UHGV virus genome: UHGV-0335014
Source: a virus
DNA length: 10,846 nucleotides
Reading direction: 5' to 3' (one strand)
The notes below the pieces were generated by a model. The model was given only the letters and a program-made list of their open reading frames with translations. It was not told the origin of the DNA and ran no database searches. Shown here piece after piece: positions 5,176 through 10,846 of this stretch (the stretch's first letter is position 1; each line of letters opens with the position of its first letter). Both the position numbers and the translations under genes were made by a program.

Positions 5176-8019
5176 TCAATCTTTATCGTAAAAACTTCCA
5201 CGCCCGGCACGGGCGCGCCGTTCCATTTCTGCCCTGACCATTTCACCGACCAGTTTCGCCAGTTCGCGGGGATTCTGCGTAACAACGTTATGCAGATGAA
5301 CATGAATTTCACCGCCAAATCCGGAGGCAACAGGCTCCCGGTTACGGGAAGTTGCAGGAACTGATGCCACTGGCGATCGTATGGCCTCTGCCACCGGGCG
5401 GGAGCTGGCCGCAACAACAGGGACCAGCGCCGGAGACAGCGGAGCCGGAACCACAGGTGTGATATTAATTGCGGGGGCAGGCTTACTGACCTGCGCAATC
5501 TTCCGCTCCTGCCACTCCCCACGAACAGCAAGTGCGCGGGGCAGGTTCTTAAAGACAATATCGCCGAGGCCAATGCGTTTTTTCGTCTCATCAACCAGCT
5601 TACCTGTGTTATCAGCAATTTTGCTGAGTCTGCGTAGCGTACCGGTATTGCTGTCTGTGAGCGGTTTGTTGTCTTTGGGTTTATCACCTCCGGTGCCATT
5701 GCCATTTTCCACAGGCTTCGGCGGATTGATTTTCGCCAGGTCCCCCTGAAGCAAGGCAACCTTGTCCTGAAGAATGGCCGCACGCTGTGCGTCTTCGATT
5801 TTCTTGCGCGCCCTTTCCGCTTCATCCGGAAGCACACCGAGCTTTTCAAGTATCCACGCCAGCGTATCCAGCAACATTTTTGCAGGTGTCAGAACAAGTT
5901 GTAACGCACCGCCAAGAACGTTACCGAATATCTCGCCAGCACTGGTACATTTATCCAGCGTTTCCTTGCTGGACTCCATCGGTGACAGCAGCGATTTAAA
6001 CCAGTTAAACACCTGGCTGATCCCACTCCCGATTGCGTCAAAAACAGGACCAAACCGTTCAAAGGTTTCGCGCAACGGGGTCAGCCTTTCCATAATCCCG
6101 CTGAACACCCCGGCAAAAAATGCCCTGATGGGATCCCAGTATTTCCAGATAAGAACGGCAGCTCCGGCAAGCGCAGCCACGATAAGACCAACCGGACTGA
6201 ACAACGCCCCGATAGCGCCTCCCAGTAAAGAAACGGAACCCGTCACCATTCCCCACAGCGCAGGCAACACCCTGACGACATTCATTGACCGGGTAAGAAT
6301 GTCAAAACCAAGACGCAGGGTGGCCAGCTTCCCGTAAAGCACCCCAATAACCAGCGACAACGAGCCAATCGTTGCAGTCATTGCCAGCAGTGCACCGCCT
6401 GCAATCAGTAGCTGGCGCGTCAGTGCGGGATGGGCCTGCGCCAGCGCCGTCACCTTTGATACCACACGCGTGAGCCACTGCGTGACAGAACGCAGCGGAC
6501 CGTCAATCAGATCTGCAATGCGGATGCGCAACCCTTCCCATGCACTGCTGAGTGATTTCAGATCGCCGTCAAGGTTGTTGGCCATAACCTTTGCCGTGCG
6601 TTCAGCCTCACCGCGCGCCCCTTCAAGTTCTTTTCTCAGTTTGGGTAAGGAGCCGTCACCAGCCGCATCAACGAGGGCCATAAATGATGTGAAAGCCTCT
6701 TCTCCGGCAATGTCCTTAAAGAACGATACCCGGTCAACTTCCCCGTATTTGCGGGTAGCTTTATAAAGGTCAGCCAGCACATCCTCCATCGGGCGCATTT
6801 TGCCCCCGGCATCCGAGACAGACACGCCAAGCTCTTTCAGCGCCTCTGCTGCCGCCTTTGGCGGTGATGCCAGACGAGCCAGGCTGGCACGCATTGCCGT
6901 CCCGGCATCACTCCCTCTGATACCCATATTCGCCAGCACGCCCGCCATCGCTGCGGCCTGCTCCAGCGATATTCCCAGCTTACCCGCCACCGGACCTGCA
7001 TATTTCATGGTTTCGCCCAGCGCGCGAAGGTCAGTGTTAGTACGGGTAAACGCTGCTGTAAGCGTGTCACCGACCCGGTCCATCTGGTCAGCGGAGAGGC
7101 CGAACTGCGTCAGGATATTTGAGCCAATATCCGCCGTCTCGCCAAGGTCCATACCGCCAGCCGTTGCCATGCTCAGCACGCCCGGAAGCGCAGCCTGAAT
7201 GGCCTGCGGTGTGAAGCCAGCCATTGCAAGAAATGCCTGCCCACTGGCGGCATCGCCTGCGGTGAACTGCGTTTCAGAGCCAAGTTTTAACGCCTGCTCA
7301 CGCAGCGCCTTAAACTGCGGGCTGTTTTTGTCGATTCGCGTCAGTGCCTGAACGCGGGACATCTCTTTCCCGAACCCGATCGCAGGCTGCAAAAAACGCC
7401 CGGCAGCATAGCCGCCCGCCGCTGCCGCACCAATTGCCAGCGCACCACCTGTTTTCAGTTTTCCCGCTGTTTCCTGCGCGCGCGAATACCGCTCACGCGC
7501 CCGTGTTACACGCGCAAGCGCCTGCCGTTCGCGTTCAAGCTGGTTGTTGTACTGTTCGGTGCGTCTGATGGCCTGCTGGATGGTGTTATCGCTGCCTGTC
7601 AGGGAAATGCCGTGGCGTTTCAGCTCTCCGCCAAGCTCCCGCATTTTCTGAATTTCCCGTGTGCGCGATTCATTCAGGCGTTCAAGCCGGGTGCTTAACT
7701 GCTGCATCAGCTTTTGTTGTTTTTCGCTGAGCACTGTACCCGTGCGTTGTAACTGATTAAGGGCGTTAAGCTGGCGTCGTGCTTTCACGATGCCCGCATC
7801 CGCTTTACTGACAGCGTCACGGGCGCGCTCAAATGATCGCGCCTGACGCTCGAGATTTTTGATCGCCCCCTGCGTTCGCTGGATGGAGTCACCAAACTGC
7901 CCCATCAGGCGGCGGGCGTTTTCGGCAGGCCGGGTCAGCCTGTCAACGGCGCTGAAAGCGACCCGGATATCAAGAGTCTTCATTGTCTGCATTCCCGCTA
8001 CGAAGTGCCGCCCGCTCAC
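5176..8019 (-). CDS. T: Tail tape measure protein (P2 gpT-like)
   Basis: 947 aa. N-terminal region is rich in coiled-coil-like, charged sequence (RQLNALNQLQRTG...QQLSTRLERLNESRTREIQKMRELGGELKRHG), followed by Gly/Ala-rich and hydrophobic segments (LLIAGGALLAMTATIGSLSLVIGVLYG; GGAIGALFSPVGLIVAALAGAAVLIW), all typical of tape measure proteins. Sits between the E/E' chaperone genes and gpU. The ORF-track start is a GTG at 8019; ATGs at 7992 and 7983 are alternatives. Confidence 0.85.
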   Translation of the reverse strand: MSGRHFVAGMQTMKTLDIRVAFSAVDRLTRPAENARRLMGQFGDSIQRTQGAIKNLERQARSFERARDAVSKADAGIVKARRQLNALNQLQRTGTVLSEKQQKLMQQLSTRLERLNESRTREIQKMRELGGELKRHGISLTGSDNTIQQAIRRTEQYNNQLERERQALARVTRARERYSRAQETAGKLKTGGALAIGAAAAGGYAAGRFLQPAIGFGKEMSRVQALTRIDKNSPQFKALREQALKLGSETQFTAGDAASGQAFLAMAGFTPQAIQAALPGVLSMATAGGMDLGETADIGSNILTQFGLSADQMDRVGDTLTAAFTRTNTDLRALGETMKYAGPVAGKLGISLEQAAAMAGVLANMGIRGSDAGTAMRASLARLASPPKAAAEALKELGVSVSDAGGKMRPMEDVLADLYKATRKYGEVDRVSFFKDIAGEEAFTSFMALVDAAGDGSLPKLRKELEGARGEAERTAKVMANNLDGDLKSLSSAWEGLRIRIADLIDGPLRSVTQWLTRVVSKVTALAQAHPALTRQLLIAGGALLAMTATIGSLSLVIGVLYGKLATLRLGFDILTRSMNVVRVLPALWGMVTGSVSLLGGAIGALFSPVGLIVAALAGAAVLIWKYWDPIRAFFAGVFSGIMERLTPLRETFERFGPVFDAIGSGISQVFNWFKSLLSPMESSKETLDKCTSAGEIFGNVLGGALQLVLTPAKMLLDTLAWILEKLGVLPDEAERARKKIEDAQRAAILQDKVALLQGDLAKINPPKPVENGNGTGGDKPKDNKPLTDSNTGTLRRLSKIADNTGKLVDETKKRIGLGDIVFKNLPRALAVRGEWQERKIAQVSKPAPAINITPVVPAPLSPALVPVVAASSRPVAEAIRSPVASVPATSRNREPVASGFGGEIHVHLHNVVTQNPRELAKLVGEMVRAEMERRARAGRGSFYDKD

Positions 8020-8508
8020 GCCAGCTAACCACTTCGCCGGGCGTCATCATGAAGATTTCGGCGGGCGACCAGTTAAAAATGGCGGCAATATCCGCCACCA
8101 GATCTTCGATGTGCTCAAAGCACACCAGGGTGATTACGCTGCCGTCTCCTGCACGCTCTTCGCGCCAGAGTCTGGCTCGCTCATAAAATTTACAGCCACA
8201 GCGCACAACTGAATAAAATCGCGTGACGACATTTTTTTAATCATCACTTCATCCAGTCGTGGCGAGGTCACGCGAGGCAACAGCGTAAACATGGTATCCG
8301 CTTTCAGATTCAGCACATCAGACAGCGACAGACCACGCAGGGATCCAGCCTGCTCAATAGCCCCGGTGATCTCCACATACGTGATTTTTTCGCCACCACG
8401 CTCAATTGGTCGGGTCAGTTTTACGCCACGTTCGACAGCCATATCCTCACCTGCCGTCACATCATCCGCCACGGTGTTATTCCGGGTTTCAGTATCGATG
8501 TCTTTCAT
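7970..8508 (-). CDS. E+E': Predicted E+E' fusion product made by a programmed -1 translational frameshift at an A7 tract (minus-strand 8238..8232); E' portion ends at 7970
   Basis: The -1 frame relative to E is open from just after a TAA at 8242..8240 down to the stop at 7970. On the minus strand the E frame reads ATT AAA AAA ATG across a run of seven A (plus-strand T7 at 8232..8238). The E' reading frame overlaps the start of T. Conserved strategy in P2-like and other long-tailed phages. Confidence 0.5.
8134..8508 (-). CDS. E: Tail assembly chaperone gpE-like (P2 E family), zero-frame product
   Basis: 124 aa ORF between the tail tube and tape measure genes, with a strong AAGGAG Shine-Dalgarno 7 nt upstream of the ATG at 8508. 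Its 3' end is overlapped by a -1 frame ORF that runs on to 7970, the arrangement expected for the E/E+E' frameshifted chaperone pair of myovirus tails. Confidence 0.75.
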   Translation of the reverse strand: MKDIDTETRNNTVADDVTAGEDMAVERGVKLTRPIERGGEKITYVEITGAIEQAGSLRGLSLSDVLNLKADTMFTLLPRVTSPRLDEVMIKKMSSRDFIQLCAVAVNFMSEPDSGAKSVQETAA

Positions 8509-8563
8509 CAGTTGTCTCCTTTTCAGTCAGAGGCGACGCACTGCGCCGCCTGCATATTACTTA

Positions 8564-9076
8564 TCAGCCAAGCCCAAGCGCGGAACGGATACGGTCAGGC
8601 ACAATGTCCTTGCCGTCCTTCCGGTAGATGTGGTTCAACAGGTCGATTTCCCACAGCGGGCGATCGTTAACGCTCAGCTTGTAGTAGGTGTTTTTGACAG
8701 CGTAAGTGTGTGATGTGGCTTCGCCCTGTTTGGCTTCCCCCATATCAATTTCCGTCACACGCCCGCGCATCTCGATTTCATACAGATCGCTTTCTGCATC
8801 GGTGTAGTATTCACCCGCAAAACGCAGCAGCGTGCCGTCAATCGTGCCGCCATATTTAAGGAACAGCGCACGAACAGCTCCCCCCATGACAAAACTCGCA
8901 TCAAGCGCGGAGTCGTCCAGACCGAGATCAATACTTACCGCCCCCATCATGCCACCACCACGATAGCTGTCGGTTTTGCGCGTCAGTTTGGGCGGCGTGA
9001 CGGATGTCACTTTGCCCACTTCGTTTTCACCATCCACAAACAACGTAAAAAAGCGAAGATGTTTTGGTACAGCCAT
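8564..9076 (-). CDS. FII: Tail tube protein (P2 gpFII-like)
   Basis: 170 aa ORF directly downstream of the sheath gene, with the start overlapping the sheath stop (minus strand ..TGATG..) and a GGGAGGTG Shine-Dalgarno. Size and position match gpFII (about 172 aa in P2). Confidence 0.8.
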   Translation of the reverse strand: MAVPKHLRFFTLFVDGENEVGKVTSVTPPKLTRKTDSYRGGGMMGAVSIDLGLDDSALDASFVMGGAVRALFLKYGGTIDGTLLRFAGEYYTDAESDLYEIEMRGRVTEIDMGEAKQGEATSHTYAVKNTYYKLSVNDRPLWEIDLLNHIYRKDGKDIVPDRIRSALGLG

Positions 9077-10260
9077 CAGGCACCTCCCAGCACCGCAAAT
9101 GCGGGACCAAAGAATTCATCAGTAAACGTCTGGTAAAGCTCCATGTCTTCCAGTGGCGGAACGGGCGTATATTTGTAGCGAATACGCACACGTCCCTGAC
9201 GTAAATTCGTGGTGCCGTTATCCACCACGTCATACCAGCACTCCGCACCAATCAGTTTCCCGGCAGTAACCAGCGAATCCAGTTTTGCCCTGATGGCGCT
9301 GATAACATCCTTCACGTTCGCAGGTGTCAGTGGACTGTCGATGGTTTCAAACTGCGCTTCCGCAATTGAATCAGCCAGCACCTGTGCGGTTCGGGTATAC
9401 ACCTCAAAGATGTAGGCGTTCGTTTCCGGTGTGCGGTTGCCCCAGAAGCGGAACCCGTTGCGACGAATAATGGTCGTGATTTCTTTGTTGTTGAGGCTGT
9501 TGGCATCACTGTCTTCGGCCTGCAACGACCAGAACACATGCCTGGACATTCCCAGCACATTTTTAACCGGAACGTTGGACAGCGATTTGTGCCAGCCCTG
9601 CTCATGGTCAATGTACGCACGAAGGCCGCACGCATAAGCAGGCGCGGGGAACGTTTCGTTTTTGCCACTTTTCGGGTTGTAGGCGATGAAGTCAGGCCAT
9701 AAGAGCATCACCTCACGTTCGTTGAATTTCTGGCGGTAGGTAATCGCCTCAGCCATCGTGTTACAACCATGACATGTGGCATACACAAACGCGCGCAGTT
9801 TACCCGCAATCACGCACAGGGATTTTGTCACCGCCTCCGTGTCCAGCTCCGGCGCGGCCAGAATACGCGGACGGTATCCGATGCTTTCATCCTGCTCTGC
9901 AACAAGCAGCGCATACATCCCCGTATAGCTGCCGTCAGATTCAGAACCACCGATAACCAGTTGATCCTGCGTTTTTCCGTCTTCTTCTTTGTGTTCAGCC
10001 ACGCGAACGACGATCACCTTTGTGCTCACCTGGTCTGCGATGGCCTTAAGCGCACGATAAAGCGTCCCCGTTGTTCCGCATTTTCCCAGCACGTCATTGA
10101 CGCGGGTCAGCAATGTGGGCTTGTTCAGCGGGAACAGCTCCGCGTCCGCATCATCCGCCGTTGCCACGATACCGATAACGCTGGAATCAACATCGTTAAT
10201 CGCTGTTACCAGGTCGGTATTTTCCGTAACACGGGCACCATGAAAACGAGTTTCACTCAT
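9076..10260 (-). CDS. FI: Contractile tail sheath protein (P2 gpFI-like)
   Basis: 394 aa. Conserved blocks recalled from P2 FI and sheath homologues: AELFPLNKP, GTLYRALKAIADQ, KLRAFVYA, YRQKFNEREVMLLWPDF, HEQGWHKSLSNV, GFRFWGNRT, VYTRTAQVLAD, YKYTPVPPLE. Confidence 0.9.
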   Translation of the reverse strand: MSETRFHGARVTENTDLVTAINDVDSSVIGIVATADDADAELFPLNKPTLLTRVNDVLGKCGTTGTLYRALKAIADQVSTKVIVVRVAEHKEEDGKTQDQLVIGGSESDGSYTGMYALLVAEQDESIGYRPRILAAPELDTEAVTKSLCVIAGKLRAFVYATCHGCNTMAEAITYRQKFNEREVMLLWPDFIAYNPKSGKNETFPAPAYACGLRAYIDHEQGWHKSLSNVPVKNVLGMSRHVFWSLQAEDSDANSLNNKEITTIIRRNGFRFWGNRTPETNAYIFEVYTRTAQVLADSIAEAQFETIDSPLTPANVKDVISAIRAKLDSLVTAGKLIGAECWYDVVDNGTTNLRQGRVRIRYKYTPVPPLEDMELYQTFTDEFFGPAFAVLGGA

Positions 10261-10417
10261 AGCTTCAGCCCCTTGTATCCGTTAAATGATTCGGCAACAA
10301 TCATCACCCACCACGCGCGTAATCTCACCCCTGCGCCGTTCTCCCGCCACGGCGACAACAAAAAGCAGTAACCCCCTCCGCACGCACATGCGACCATGCC
10401 GCACAGGGAGGGAACAG

Positions 10418-10846
10418 ATGACCGACACCACCATGCAATTGCTCAGTCAGGGCACAGACCCCGTGAAAATGCCGGATTTTGATATTCTCGCGGAGGGTAA
10501 AACGCTGTCAGGCGTGGCAGAGCGCCTGATGAGCCTGTCACTGACCGACAACCGGGGATTTGAGGCGGACCAGCTCACCATCACGCTGGATGATGCAGAT
10601 GGTCAGTTGCAGCTACCGCCACGGGGCGCGCGCCTGACGGTTCTCATTGGCTGGAAAGGAGAACCGCTGACAGAAAAAGGCACTTACATTGTTGATGAAA
10701 TCGCTCACGAAGGACCGCCGGACAGGCTGACTGTTTCAGCCAGAAGCGCAGATTTTCGGGATGAATTTAACGTTAAACGTGAGGTGTCCTGGCATGATGT
10801 GACCGTTGAGCGTGTGGTATCCGCCATCGCTCATCGGTACGGTCTG
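10418..10846 (+). CDS. D: Tail protein gpD-like (late control gene D family), 3'-truncated by the window end
   Basis: ATG at 10418 preceded by GGGAGG with 7 nt spacing. The translation (...MSLSLTDNRGFEADQLTITLDDADGQLQLPPRGARLTVLIGWKGEPLTEKGTYIVDEIAHEGPPDRLTVSARSADFRDEF...SWHD) matches the conserved N-terminal region of P2 gpD as recalled. Open to the end of the window. Confidence 0.85.
   Translation, partial: MTDTTMQLLSQGTDPVKMPDFDILAEGKTLSGVAERLMSLSLTDNRGFEADQLTITLDDADGQLQLPPRGARLTVLIGWKGEPLTEKGTYIVDEIAHEGPPDRLTVSARSADFRDEFNVKREVSWHDVTVERVVSAIAHRYGL

Noticed and set aside
5160-7568. Multiple ORFs overlapping the tape measure gene (5160..5849 minus, 5381..5749 plus, 5774..6337 plus, 6470..6766 plus, 6800..7198 plus, 7344..7568 plus)
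   Set aside because: All are embedded within the 947-aa tape measure reading frame, which has the clear protein signature. The others are GC-rich frame artefacts with no start-site support.
9209-10371. Plus-strand ORFs antisense to the sheath gene (9769..10371, 200 aa; 9209..9415; 9431..9637)
   Set aside because: The minus-strand frame encodes an unmistakable tail sheath protein. The antisense ORFs are Arg/Cys/His-rich and look spurious.
10261-10417. Possible sigma70 -35/-10 promoter hexamers for FI and D
   Set aside because: I could not identify convincing hexamers with proper spacing by eye. Late promoters of P2-like phages are activator-dependent with poor -35 elements, so I am not calling specific promoter coordinates.
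1-10846. Searched for CRISPR arrays, tRNA or rRNA genes, integrase or transposase genes, and toxin-antitoxin-like small gene pairs
   Set aside because: No regularly spaced direct repeats, no tRNA-like cloverleaf candidates recognised by eye, and no ORF with recombinase signatures. The window appears to contain only tail structural genes plus the single cargo gene.

Overview
This window reads as the tail region of a P2-like (myovirus-type) prophage in a GC-rich enterobacterial background, with one AT-rich single-gene cargo island inserted into it. Plus strand, left to right: a 5'-truncated side tail fibre gene closely resembling lambda Stf / P2 H (1..2706), its tail fibre assembly gene Tfa (2706..3305), then the cargo gene (about 3400..4578), which looks like a GT9-family heptosyltransherase-fold glycosyltransferase with a Lys/Arg-rich N-terminal extension. 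Minus strand, convergent with these: tail sheath FI (10260..9076), tail tube FII (9076..8564), chaperone E with a -1 frameshift extension E' (8508..7970), tape measure T (8019..5176) and gpU (5169..4675). A gpD-like gene starts at 10418 on the plus strand, divergent from FI, and runs off the window. Two things stand out: the foreign-composition glycosyltransferase-like gene sitting where P2-like phages carry accessory or defence cargo, and a gene order that is not collinear with canonical P2 (the FI-U block is inverted relative to the fibre genes and D). All assignments rest on reading the translations and on recalled family knowledge; no searches were run, and GC contents are by-eye estimates.
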